From an uncultured Spirochaetota bacterium (lineage in GTDB: Bacteria; Spirochaetota; Spirochaetia; SZUA-6; Fen-1364), in the NCBI GenBank assembly GCA_963820525.1, contig CAWGAA010000001.1, positions 64,001-128,000 on the forward strand: a stretch of 64,000 nt of DNA, in the 5' to 3' direction. The first letter of the stretch is position 1. Each line of letters begins with the position of its first letter. A program made the translations under genes and the position numbers. Below the pieces are notes generated by a model, which ran no database searches, had not been told where the DNA came from, and worked only from the letters and a program-made list of their open reading frames with translations. Below, piece after piece: positions 29,171-38,924 of the stretch.

Positions 29171-30208
29171 ATGGCATGGGAAGGATTGTACGAGGCGTTT
29201 TCTACAGACCTCGGGATTGACCTGGGAACGTGCAGCACGATTGTCCATGTGAGGGGAAAGGGGATCGTGCTGTGCGAGCCTTCGGTCGTGGCCATGGAGC
29301 GCGGAACCAAAAAGGTTGTAGCCGTCGGCACCGAGGCGAAAAAAATGCTGTGGAAGACCCCCGGCGACATCATGGCCATCAGGCCGCTTCGCGACGGCGT
29401 CATCGCGGACTTCGAGGCAACCGAGAAGATGATCCGCTACTTCATCGAGAAGGTCATCTCACGCCGCTGGTTCGTCAAGCCGCGGATGGTGATCGGGGTT
29501 CCCACGTGCATCACGGAAGTGGAGAAGCGCGCCGTTCGTGACTCCGCCGAGCAGGCGGGCGCCCGGGAGGTCTACCTCATCCAGGAATCCATGGCGGCGG
29601 CGATCGGCGCAAACATCCCCATCCTCGAGCCCGCGGGCCACATGATCTGCGACATCGGCGGCGGGACCACCGAGATTTCGGTGATCTCCCTCGGCGGCAT
29701 GGTCGTGACCAACGCCATCCGCGTCGGCGGAGACGAGTTCGACGAGGCGATCATCAAGCACGTTCGAAACGTGCACAACCTCATCGTGGGCGAAGCCACG
29801 GCGGAGAACGTGAAGATCACCATCGGAAACGCCTCCCCTGACAAGAAGATCGAAAAGATGGAGATCAAGGGCACCGACGCCATCACGGGCCTCCCCCGCA
29901 AGCTCGAGATGGACTCGGTGGAAGTCCGGGAGGCTCTCCAGGAGCCGATCAACACGGTCATCGAGGAGATCAAGAAGACGCTGGGGCAGACCCCGCCGGA
30001 ACTTGCCGCGGACATCGTGGAGCGGGGAATCGTGATGACGGGCGGAGGCTCCCTGTTGAAGGGCTTCCCGAAGTTCATCTCCAAGGAGACCGGGGTGCCC
30101 GTCATCCTCGCGGAGAATCCCCTTCTCTGCGTCGCCCTGGGGGCGGGGAAGTTCCTGGAAAGCCTTGTGAAGGACAAGAACGCGAAGTACTTCAACGTGA
30201 AGACCTGA
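29171..30208 (+). CDS. mreB: Rod shape-determining protein MreB
   Basis: [38 protein letters not shown]. Confidence 0.97.
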   Translation: MAWEGLYEAFSTDLGIDLGTCSTIVHVRGKGIVLCEPSVVAMERGTKKVVAVGTEAKKMLWKTPGDIMAIRPLRDGVIADFEATEKMIRYFIEKVISRRWFVKPRMVIGVPTCITEVEKRAVRDSAEQAGAREVYLIQESMAAAIGANIPILEPAGHMICDIGGGTTEISVISLGGMVVTNAIRVGGDEFDEAIIKHVRNVHNLIVGEATAENVKITIGNASPDKKIEKMEIKGTDAITGLPRKLEMDSVEVREALQEPINTVIEEIKKTLGQTPPELAADIVERGIVMTGGGSLLKGFPKFISKETGVPVILAENPLLCVALGAGKFLESLVKDKNAKYFNVKT

Positions 30209-30220
30209 AGGCTCTAGTCT

Positions 30221-31255
30221 ATGCCCGGTCTTTTCGAAGGTTTTTTCGCCCGGCATAGGAGGGGCGTCACTCTCTCGATCCTCGTCCTGCTCTCCCTCTT
30301 CAGCCTGCTGATCTCCAACAGGACCCTCGTCGTGCAGCCGAAGCAGGTCGGCTTCTCCGTGGTTTCATTTTTCCAGAAAGGCTTTACAGGATTCTTCCGG
30401 TGGTTCGGCGACACGGCGGGCTCCATCTCGCAGCTCCGCCAGGCGCGGGAAGAGCTGGCTTCGGCCCGGCAGAGGCTCCAGGAGCTCGACCAGACCAACC
30501 GCGAAATCGTGGAGCTTCGCCGCGAAAACCAGCTCCTGAGAGATCAGCTCGGCTTCATCCAGTCTCTCCCCGCCGACAGGATCGCGGCTGAGGTCATCGC
30601 CAAGGATCACGACAACCTCTTTTCCACGATCACGGTGAACAAGGGCTCCCGGCACGGCGTGAAGCGCAACATGCCCGTCGTCGCTTTCCACGGGGACATG
30701 GAGGGGCTGGTGGGGAAAGTCGTAGCCGTGGGCCTCGGCTCCTCCCAGATTCTTCCCCTCTACGATCCCCAGTGCCAGATTTCAGCGCGGCTGGAGCGCT
30801 CACGCTTCGAAGGCCTGGTCAGCGGGCAGGGCAAGGACAGGGAGAACGTGATCATGCGCTACGTGAAGAAAATCGCCAAGGATTCGATAGAGTACGGAGA
30901 CCTCGCCGTCACGGCGGGCCTCGGCGGCCTGTATCCCAAGGGAATCAACATCGGCAGGATCAGGGACATCAGGGCACGCAGCTACGAGACGTCCCTGGAG
31001 CTCGAAGTGGAGCCCATCATCGACTTCAGCAGGCTGGAGTACGTGTTCATCTTGAACACGGAAGAAGGCTCCGGCGATACCCCGGCTGAGGCCGTGGATG
31101 CGGCGCCGGCGGCGGCTGCGGGATCACCATCGGGCGCGGCTCCCGAGGCGGCAAGCTCGGGCGCAGCGGGTGGGGAAACCGGCGCGGGAGCGGCGGATCC
31201 AAATGCAGGCGCGGCGTCGCCGGACGATGCGGCCCCGACTCCAGGCGGGAACTGA
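30221..31255 (+). CDS. mreC: Rod shape-determining protein MreC with Ala/Pro/Gly-rich tail
   Basis: ELRRENQLLR, TVNKGS..GV...MPV, GLVGKV, TAGLGGLYPKGI.IG. Confidence 0.95.
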   Translation: MPGLFEGFFARHRRGVTLSILVLLSLFSLLISNRTLVVQPKQVGFSVVSFFQKGFTGFFRWFGDTAGSISQLRQAREELASARQRLQELDQTNREIVELRRENQLLRDQLGFIQSLPADRIAAEVIAKDHDNLFSTITVNKGSRHGVKRNMPVVAFHGDMEGLVGKVVAVGLGSSQILPLYDPQCQISARLERSRFEGLVSGQGKDRENVIMRYVKKIAKDSIEYGDLAVTAGLGGLYPKGINIGRIRDIRARSYETSLELEVEPIIDFSRLEYVFILNTEEGSGDTPAEAVDAAPAAAAGSPSGAAPEAASSGAAGGETGAGAADPNAGAASPDDAAPTPGGN

Positions 31256-31774
31256 ATGGGCAAGGATCTTCGCATCACCCTCGTCACCCTCCTGTTCCTG
31301 ACCGTTGCTGTTCTGCTTCAGTCCACCGTGCTGGGCAGCATCGCCATAGCCAGCGTGAGACCCGACCTGGCGCTGATAATCCTGGTTTTCGTCTCCCTCA
31401 GGCGCGGCTCCATGGTGGGCCAGGTTTCCGGGTTCTTTTCCGGGATTCTCGAGGATTTCATGAGCGTCTCGCCGCTGGGGTTTCATCCGCTCATGCGCGC
31501 CGTGATCGGATACCTCTACGGCCTTTTCTCCGGCGCCGTGTTCGTGGATCCCTTCCTCATGCCGATGGTCCTTACAGTGATCGCGACACTCCTCAAGGGC
31601 GTGCTCTCGGGCCTCGTGTCGACCGTATTCGGCCTGTCATCTTCCGGCTTCCTCTACTTCACGGGGAGACTGTGGATAGAGGTGGGTTACAACGCGGTCC
31701 TCTCCCCGTTCCTCTTTGCCCTGCTCAACCTGTTCAAAGTCTTCAAGCAGGCGGAGAAGAAAGAAGGCGCCTGA
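31256..31774 (+). CDS. mreD: Rod shape-determining protein MreD
   Basis: Polytopic membrane protein, RPDLALI, GF..G..ED; position between mreC and mrdA. Confidence 0.92.
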   Translation: MGKDLRITLVTLLFLTVAVLLQSTVLGSIAIASVRPDLALIILVFVSLRRGSMVGQVSGFFSGILEDFMSVSPLGFHPLMRAVIGYLYGLFSGAVFVDPFLMPMVLTVIATLLKGVLSGLVSTVFGLSSSGFLYFTGRLWIEVGYNAVLSPFLFALLNLFKVFKQAEKKEGA

Positions 31775-33622
31775 TGGACGGGGAACGCCTGCTCAGACGG
31801 CGGTTCTTCATCCTCACCGCCATTTTTGCAGGAACGATCGGGTTCCTGGCGATCTACCTCTTCTACCTCCAGATCATCAGAGGCGTCGAGTACCGCCAAA
31901 GGGCGAAGGATGTCTCCCAGCGTGAAGTACCCATCCCGGCCCAGCGAGGTGAGATCTTCGACAGGAGCGTCGACGTCCCCCTGGTCTTCAACGTGGATTC
32001 CTTCGCCGTCGACGTGGTTCCCGGCGATGTGAAGCCTTCCGAGCTCCCCGGGCTCTTTGCGCGCCTGTCCAAGGTGCTTTCCATCCCCGAATCGGAGATC
32101 GGAAAGCGCATTCCACCGAAGAACTATTCGCTCTTCCAGCCGATCGAGGTGAAGGGGGGCGTGTCTCTCCAGATCATCTCGTTCCTCGCCGAGCACATCG
32201 ACGAGTTCCACGGCGTGAGCTGGCACAACAAGCCGATTCGCAACTACCAGGAGGGAAGTACCCTGGCACACGTCATCGGCTACGTCGGGGACATAACCAA
32301 GGAGGAGCTTCAGGTCCTGTACAATGAGGGTTATGCCCCGGACTCGGTGCTCGGCAAATCGGGAATCGAGAAGCAGTACGACCGGCTCCTTCGGGGGCAG
32401 GACGGAACGAGGTACCGCGTCGTCGACGTGAGGGAGCGGAGGCTCGTCGGAGAAGAGGAGGAGGTCATCCCTCCCACCCCGGGCAAGGACGTGGTTCTCA
32501 CCATAGACCGGCGGGTGCAGAAGCTCGCCGAGGAGGCTTTGGGGCAGAGGCGCGGGTCCGTCGTGGTGATGAAGCCCGCCACCGGCGAGATCCTGGCCCT
32601 GGTCTCGTACCCATCATTCGACCCCAACAGGTTTTTCGCCTCCGACGCGGGGGACTACTTCTCGCAGCTTTCCGTTGACCCCTCGTCCCCGTTCCTCGAC
32701 AGGGCCATCCAGTCGGTGTACCCTCCCGCGTCGGCCTTCAAGATCCTCATGACCACCGCGGTCATCGACGACGCGACGATCCCGACGGCGCGCGCCATCC
32801 TGTGCACGGGGAAGCTGGAGTTCGGGGACCGTGTCTTCAACTGCTGGGTGAAGACGGGGCACGGATACGAGGACCTCTTCGGGGGCCTTGCTCAGTCCTG
32901 TGACGTTTACTTTTTCACGGTGGGCAATGGAGCTCGGAGTGGAGAAGATCGATTCCTACGGCAGAGACTTCGGGCTGGGCGCCTTGACCGGAATCGACCT
33001 GCCCGAGGAGAGGAGCGGGCTCCTGCCCACTCCCGAATGGAAAGAGAAGACCCAGCACATGAAGTGGGTCGGCGGGGACACCCTCAACTTTTCGATCGGG
33101 CAGGGATTCGTCACCCTCTCGCCCCTGCAGATGGGGGACATGGTGGCCCTCATCGCAAACCAGGGCGTCATCTACAAGCCCCACCTCCTCAAGGAGACCC
33201 GGGACCCCACCACGGGCAAGATCATCTTCGAAAGCCGGCCCGAGATCCTCCATACATCGCACATTTCAAAGGAGACCTTCCAGATGGTCCAGGACGCCAT
33301 GCGGGGCGTGATCACGAAAGGAACCGCGGCGCCGGTCATCGACACCAAGGCGGTGGAGGTAGCGGGCAAGACGGGAACGAGCGAGGTGGGGATTGAGGGT
33401 CAATGGCATTCGTGGTTCGCCGCCTTCGCCCCGTACAAGACGGACCATCCCGAGGACAGGATCGTCGTGGTGGTCATGGTGGAGGCGTCGGAGAACTGGG
33501 AATGGTGGGCGCCCAAGGCGGCGAATCTCATTCTCCAGGGCTATTTCGCGGGCCAGACCTTCGATCAAGCGGTGGCGACTCTCAAGCCATGGTACATCAA
33601 GGTCAAGGGGAGGCAGGAGTGA
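31774..33622 (+). pseudogene. mrdA: Penicillin-binding protein 2, split by one extra base near 32926-32930 (true frameshift or sequence error)
   Basis: Frame 1 carries RGEIFDR, GK.GIEKQYD, SAFK (SxxK) and SCD; frame 2 continues ELGVEKI...SIGQG...AGKTGT. Removing one base from GGCAATGGAG joins them. Confidence 0.88.
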
Positions 33623-34926
33623 GACGCGTCTCGGCATTCTCTTTCGACCTCGTGCTCTTCGCCGCGGTGATGGCCCTGGTGATCATCGGAGTGCTGTTCA
33701 TCTACTCCAGCGGGGTAAACGCGAGCGGAGCGCTCGTGTCCTCCGAGTTCATCAAGCAGATGGTCTGGGCGATCACCGGCGTGGCCCTCCTGTTATTTTT
33801 CGCCTTCTTCAGCTATTCGGTGCTTCGCACCTATTCCCTGTACATCTATGCCGCCTCCCTCCTCCTTCTCCTTCTCACCCTTGTGATCGGGCGGGAAGTG
33901 AACGGGGCCCACTCGTGGATCGGCGTGTGGGAGCTGGGGATCCAGCCCTCCGAGTTCGCCAAGATTACGACCATCATGTTTCTCGCCATGTACTTCACCG
34001 GCATCGGAAACGGGATCCGCGAGCTGCCGCGGTTCCTTCTGGGGCTGCTTATCGTTCTCATCCCCGTCCTCCTCATCCTCCTTCAACCCGACATGGGCAC
34101 CGCGCTGGTTTTCTTTCCCATATTCCTCGTCATAGCCTATATCGCCGGGGCTCAGGTCAAGCACCTGATGTTCATCCTCTTGACGGGAGCTCTCATGGTG
34201 GCGTTCGCCGCGATGCCCAGCCTTTCGCGGCATTCCACGTCGGGAGCCAGGCTCCTCTCCCTGCTCTCCGACCCCGATTTCCTGAAGTACCTGCTGATCG
34301 CCATCCTCGCCGTCGTGGGCCTCTCCTATTTCGGGCTGCGCTCCTTCAAGCAGCGCTCCTTCTACTGGATACTCTACGCATCCTGCATTCTCCTGTTGTC
34401 CCTCTGCGCATCGCTTGCCCTGCGGATCGTGCTGAAGGACTACCAGATCATGCGGATGGTCATCTTTCTCAATCCCCAGCTGGATCCCCAGGGGGCGGGG
34501 TGGAACATCCTGCAGTCGATCACGGCGATCGGCTCCGGCGGTTTCTGGGGAAAGGGTTTTCTCCAGGGGACGCAGAGCCACTACCGCTTCCTCCCGCAGC
34601 AGAGCACCGATTTCATCTTCTCGATCCTGGCAGAGGAATGGGGGTTTTTGGGCGGGATTTTCATTTTCGCGCTCTTCCTGGCCATCCTCCTGCGCGGCAT
34701 GAGCATCATCTGGAGCTCGCATGACGACTACGCGATCCTGGTGGGAAGCGGAATCCTGTCCATGCTTTTCTTCCACGTCGTCGTAAACGCGGGGATGGCC
34801 ATGGGGATCATGCCCGTCACGGGCATTCCCCTCATGCTCCTGTCCTACGGCGGATCCTCCCTGTGGACTGCGATGAGCGGGGTCGGCATCCTCATGAACA
34901 TCTCCCAGCGGAGGATGCGGTACTGA
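33619..34926 (+). CDS. rodA: Rod shape-determining protein RodA (SEDS)
   Basis: GAHSW, IQPSEFAK, LQPDMGT, AIGSGG..GKG, TDFIFS.LAEEWG, PVTGIPL.L.SYGGSS; GTGA overlap. Confidence 0.96.
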   Translation: MRRVSAFSFDLVLFAAVMALVIIGVLFIYSSGVNASGALVSSEFIKQMVWAITGVALLLFFAFFSYSVLRTYSLYIYAASLLLLLLTLVIGREVNGAHSWIGVWELGIQPSEFAKITTIMFLAMYFTGIGNGIRELPRFLLGLLIVLIPVLLILLQPDMGTALVFFPIFLVIAYIAGAQVKHLMFILLTGALMVAFAAMPSLSRHSTSGARLLSLLSDPDFLKYLLIAILAVVGLSYFGLRSFKQRSFYWILYASCILLLSLCASLALRIVLKDYQIMRMVIFLNPQLDPQGAGWNILQSITAIGSGGFWGKGFLQGTQSHYRFLPQQSTDFIFSILAEEWGFLGGIFIFALFLAILLRGMSIIWSSHDDYAILVGSGILSMLFFHVVVNAGMAMGIMPVTGIPLMLLSYGGSSLWTAMSGVGILMNISQRRMRY

Positions 34927-34928
34927 CG

Positions 34929-37268
34929 ATGCGCCGCATCGACCCTGGGAAAGACCTCACCGACGTGCTCCGCCGCGTGGAACGGCCGGCTCGCTACGTC
35001 GGAGGGGAATACGGCTCCGTCGCCAAGGAAGGCTCCGGGCTTTTGCGAGTGGCAATCTCGTACCCCGATCTCTACGAGATCGGCATGTCCAACGCGGCAA
35101 TCAGGGTCCTCTACGGTATTTTGAACGGCATCGAAGGGGTTTCCTGCGAAAGGGTTTTCGCCGCCGCGCCCGATTTCGAGGCGGCCCTCCGGCAGCGTTC
35201 CGTCCCCCTGTATTCGCTTGAGACCGGGCGGGAGCTTCGCGGCTTCGATATCGTAGGTTTCTCACTCGGCTACGAGCTTACCCTCACCAATCTGCTGGCC
35301 ATCCTGGACCTCGGCGGTGTGACGCTGGAAGCCGCCCAGCGCGGCGAAGACGAGCCCATCGTGATTGCCGGCGGCCCCGCCTCCACCAATCCGGCACCCT
35401 GCGGCCTTTTCGTCGACTGCGTTTTCGTGGGAGAAGCGGAGGGCTGGGCGGAGGAGACCTTCGCGCGCCTCGCGTCGATGAAGCGCCGGGGGGCGGGCAG
35501 GGGAGACCTCCTGGCGCATCTGCGCTCCCTTCCATCGATCTGGTTCGCGGGAAAGCGGGAAACCACGCGGCGCGCCCTGTGGCGGGGCTTTTCAACCTCC
35601 GCGGCCCGATCCGGGTTTCCCGTGCCCAGCATGCGCACGGTGCAGGATCATGGGACGGTGGAGATCATGCGGGGCTGCCCCAATGCCTGCAGGTTCTGCC
35701 ACGCCACGTGCTTCTACAGGCCGGCGCGCCACAAGCTTGCCGAGGTGGTGGCGGAGGAGACGCGGGAGCTCGTCATCGGCTGCGGGTACAGGGAAATCAC
35801 TCTTTCTTCGCTTTCTTCCGGAGAGTTCCAGGACATCCGGGGCCTGGTGAGCAGGCTCAACTCCCTCTACGCCGAGGATCGCGTCTCCTTCTCCCTGCCG
35901 TCGCTGCACGTGGATTCCCTGGGTCTCGCGCTGCTCAAGGAGATATCGCAGGTGAGAAAGAGCGGGCTCACGTTCGCGGTAGAGACGCCGCGGCCGGAGT
36001 GGCAGGATGCGATAGGAAAGTCGGTGCCCCTGGATAAAACCGTCGAGATCCTCAGGGAAGCGAAGAGCCTGGGATGGAAGAGCGCCAAGTTCTACTTCAT
36101 GGTCGGGCTTCCCGCCTCCCTTCAGCTTGACGAATCCACGCCGATCGTGGAGTTCCTCCGCCAGGTGAGGGCCGCCACGGGAATGACGATCCACGCGAAC
36201 GTGGCCGCGTTCATCCCCAAGCCCCATACACCGTTGGAGCTCTCGCCCCAGCTCGGAGAGGAGCCGGCCCTCCAGCGGATCATGGCCGTGAAAAAAGGCC
36301 TCGCGGGAGACGGATTCAAGATCGGCTACCACGCCCCCTTTCTCTCGCTTCTGGAGGGGATCGTATCCCGGGGGGATGAACGGGCGGGGAGGCTCGTCCT
36401 GGATGCGTACGCGAGCGGAGCTCGCCTCGACGCATGGGAAGAGCACATCCGCGTCGATCTCTGGAGATCCGTCATCGCCAAGGCGGGATGGGATGTCGAA
36501 GGAGAGACGTGCAGGCCCCGCTCCGCTCAGGAAGCCTTGCCGTGGAGCTCCATCGCCCTGGGCGTCTCCCAGGCCGTCGTCTTCGACGCGCCGACGTCCA
36601 CGAGGGCGGCCCTCCCTCCAAGCGAACGGCGGGCCGGGGGCGTTCAGACTGCGGCGCGGATCCTCTTCAGCTTCGCCAAAACTGGCACGGCCGCTTTCAC
36701 CTCCCATCTGGATCTCCTGAATGTCTTCGAGAGGGCTTTCGCCAGGGCGGGCTACCGTGCTGTCTTTACCGAAGGGTTCAATCCCAAGCCACGCCTCGAG
36801 TTCGCCAGCCCCCTTGGACTGGGCATCGAGAGCGAAGAGGAGATCGCCAGCGCAGAGCTTTCGGATTTCGATTCGGAGCAGGAGCTCAAGAGAAGGCTCT
36901 CCGGAGCTCTTCCCGCGGGCCTCTTGGTCACCCGGGCGGCTCCAATGGCCAGGACACCGACGGGGAAGAAACCCTCCCTCATGGCCGCATACTGGGGGTC
37001 GGAGTACGCCCTCCATGTCGCCGGCCAGGAGCCCGGACCCGACGTCGCGGCTCGGGTGGAGGCGGCGGCCGCTGCCGGGATTGCGGTTTCTCCGCGCGAG
37101 GACGGCTGGGCGCTCCAGGTTCCCACCGGCGCCGCCGCAAAGGCGGCGCTCGCGGCGCTGCGCTCGACGTCGGGTGTCACGATCCGGCGGCTTCGCACAC
37201 TCGCCGGCGCCGAAGGCGGCGCGCCCGTCTCCTACTTCGACGCCTTCCGCTCTTCAGCCTTTATCTGA
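34929..37268 (+). CDS. TIGR03960-type radical SAM protein fused to TIGR03936/DUF2344-type radical SAM-linked domain
   Basis: VERPARYVGGE, YPDLYEIGMSN, EIMRGCPNACRFC (CxxxCxxC), FIPKPHTP; C-terminal SHLDL...ERA..RAG....TEGFNPKPR. Confidence 0.9.
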   Translation: MRRIDPGKDLTDVLRRVERPARYVGGEYGSVAKEGSGLLRVAISYPDLYEIGMSNAAIRVLYGILNGIEGVSCERVFAAAPDFEAALRQRSVPLYSLETGRELRGFDIVGFSLGYELTLTNLLAILDLGGVTLEAAQRGEDEPIVIAGGPASTNPAPCGLFVDCVFVGEAEGWAEETFARLASMKRRGAGRGDLLAHLRSLPSIWFAGKRETTRRALWRGFSTSAARSGFPVPSMRTVQDHGTVEIMRGCPNACRFCHATCFYRPARHKLAEVVAEETRELVIGCGYREITLSSLSSGEFQDIRGLVSRLNSLYAEDRVSFSLPSLHVDSLGLALLKEISQVRKSGLTFAVETPRPEWQDAIGKSVPLDKTVEILREAKSLGWKSAKFYFMVGLPASLQLDESTPIVEFLRQVRAATGMTIHANVAAFIPKPHTPLELSPQLGEEPALQRIMAVKKGLAGDGFKIGYHAPFLSLLEGIVSRGDERAGRLVLDAYASGARLDAWEEHIRVDLWRSVIAKAGWDVEGETCRPRSAQEALPWSSIALGVSQAVVFDAPTSTRAALPPSERRAGGVQTAARILFSFAKTGTAAFTSHLDLLNVFERAFARAGYRAVFTEGFNPKPRLEFASPLGLGIESEEEIASAELSDFDSEQELKRRLSGALPAGLLVTRAAPMARTPTGKKPSLMAAYWGSEYALHVAGQEPGPDVAARVEAAAAAGIAVSPREDGWALQVPTGAAAKAALAALRSTSGVTIRRLRTLAGAEGGAPVSYFDAFRSSAFI

Positions 37269-38035
37269 TTCCAGATCTCGTCCATCAGCTGGAGCCCCGC
37301 TTGCGAGGGCGTCGTTCCTTGCTCGTTGAGGCGCCTCTCCACCTCCCGGAACCTTGTGATGAACTTGTCGTTGGTGCCGTGGAGAGCGAGGCCGGGATCC
37401 ACGCCGAGGAGCCGGGAGAGGTTCACCACGGTGAAGAGGATGTCTCCGATCTCCTCCTCGATGCGGCGCGCATCTCCCGTGGAGCTTGCGTCCATGAGCT
37501 CGCCGATCTCCTCGCGAAGTTTCTCCCACACCGGCTCGGGGCTCTTCCAATCGAAGCCGACCTTGGAGACCTTCTGCTGGATCTGGTGAGCCCTCTCCAG
37601 GGGCGGCAGGGACTTGGGAAGGCTCTCCACCGTGGAGGGCTGTCCCCGGCCCTTTTTTTCTTCTGCCTTGATCTCGTCCCAACGGCTCACGATCTCCTCC
37701 ACGCTTTCGGTCTTACTATCGCCGAAGACGTGGGGATGCCTGCGGACGAGCTTTTCGCTGATGGTTTCCATCACCTGCTCCACGGAGAAGACGCCGTCCT
37801 GCTCCTTCATCCAGGAGATCATTGTCACCAGCATGTACAGATCTCCCAGTTCTTCGCGGAGGTTGTCGTCATCTGCGGCGCTCACGGCGCTCACGCACTC
37901 GTACGCCTCTTCGATGAGATTCTCGCGCAGGCTCTCCGGGGTCTGTTTTCTGTCCCACGCGCAGCCATCCGGCGCGCGGAGCCTCTTGATAATCGATAGA
38001 AGTCGGCCGAAAGCTGCCTCTGCGCTGTCCTTCAT
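37232..38035 (-). CDS. mazG: Nucleoside triphosphate pyrophosphohydrolase MazG
   Basis: LRAPDGCAWDRKQT, EEAYE, EELGD, KLVRRHPHVF, EEEIGD, KF..RF. Confidence 0.96.
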   Translation of the reverse strand: MKDSAEAAFGRLLSIIKRLRAPDGCAWDRKQTPESLRENLIEEAYECVSAVSAADDDNLREELGDLYMLVTMISWMKEQDGVFSVEQVMETISEKLVRRHPHVFGDSKTESVEEIVSRWDEIKAEEKKGRGQPSTVESLPKSLPPLERAHQIQQKVSKVGFDWKSPEPVWEKLREEIGELMDASSTGDARRIEEEIGDILFTVVNLSRLLGVDPGLALHGTNDKFITRFREVERRLNEQGTTPSQAGLQLMDEIWNQIKAEERKASK

Positions 38036-38043
38036 GGGTTAGC

Positions 38044-38085
38044 AGTTAATAATGGGTGCCGTCCCCTGTCAATAAGTGGTATACT
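38044..38085. promoter_or_regulatory. Divergent promoters for mazG and the hypothetical gene
   Basis: Minus TTGACA-N17-TTAACT-N8-ATG; plus extended -10 TGGTATACT at 38077-38085. Confidence 0.5.
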
Positions 38086-38105
38086 GGAACTAGCCGGGCC
38101 GCAGG

Positions 38106-38924
38106 ATGGGGCTCGGCTCATGGTGGAAACTCAAGCGGATGCAGGAAAGACCGCGCACGTATATTTTCCATATTTTTCGTGCCGATGGGAAATCGCTCGT
38201 TCTCCATCCCTTCCGCACCCCCGAGAAGCTGACGGCGGCCCTGGAGCAGACCGAGGTAGCCGGTAGGTACGGCGGAGATCCGCACGTGGATGAGCTGCAT
38301 CGGTTGCGAGCGGAGCTCTACGGCCTGATAGACTCCGCCGTGAAGCGACGGCTCGCCGATGTCCGCTTCATCCCGAAGTTCCTCATTTCCTCCGCCGTTT
38401 TTCTGGTTTCCTACTTTTTCTTTTCCTTTGTCGTTCAGGATCCGGTTCCCGTGGTGGATGAGCTCGTGATCTCCATCGCGCTCGCCGTGCTCGCCTATAT
38501 CATCCTGGGCAGGAGGGATGCGCGCTCGGAGGGGGCCGCTCACAGGCGCCTGGGACTCGTCGCGATCGTGGACGGCATTCTGTTCACGGAAAGCGAGTTC
38601 GTGAAGAGGGCGGAGGCCACTCTTCACGTGAACGAATCCCGTGGGATCGGCGAGATGCTGCGGGAGATCATCACCCCCTCCCTGCAGGAGCTGGGCGAGG
38701 AGGAGAGGGAAGAGGCCGTACAGTTCCTGGCGCTCCTGGAGGGAAGGTTCGATTCGCGGAGGCTCAAGCGCGAGGAGAGGCTGTTGAAGAGGCTCGCCGC
38801 AACGCCGGAGGCGCTTCCCGCCGGAGAGAAGCTCGCCAGCCGCGTGAAGCCGCGGGATTTCGATTTTCCCCTCTACGCGGTGTACAAGAGCCTCAAGCGC
38901 AGCGTCATGGACCGGAAATCTTAA
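38106..38924 (+). CDS. Hypothetical membrane protein (2 TM)
   Basis: Two hydrophobic helices flanking QDPVPVVDE. Confidence 0.72.
   Translation: MGLGSWWKLKRMQERPRTYIFHIFRADGKSLVLHPFRTPEKLTAALEQTEVAGRYGGDPHVDELHRLRAELYGLIDSAVKRRLADVRFIPKFLISSAVFLVSYFFFSFVVQDPVPVVDELVISIALAVLAYIILGRRDARSEGAAHRRLGLVAIVDGILFTESEFVKRAEATLHVNESRGIGEMLREIITPSLQELGEEEREEAVQFLALLEGRFDSRRLKREERLLKRLAATPEALPAGEKLASRVKPRDFDFPLYAVYKSLKRSVMDRKS

Noticed and set aside
31060..31255. Low-complexity MreC tail as an insertion or frameshift
   Set aside because: In frame, ends flush with the mreD start; Ala/Pro-rich tails are common in MreC.
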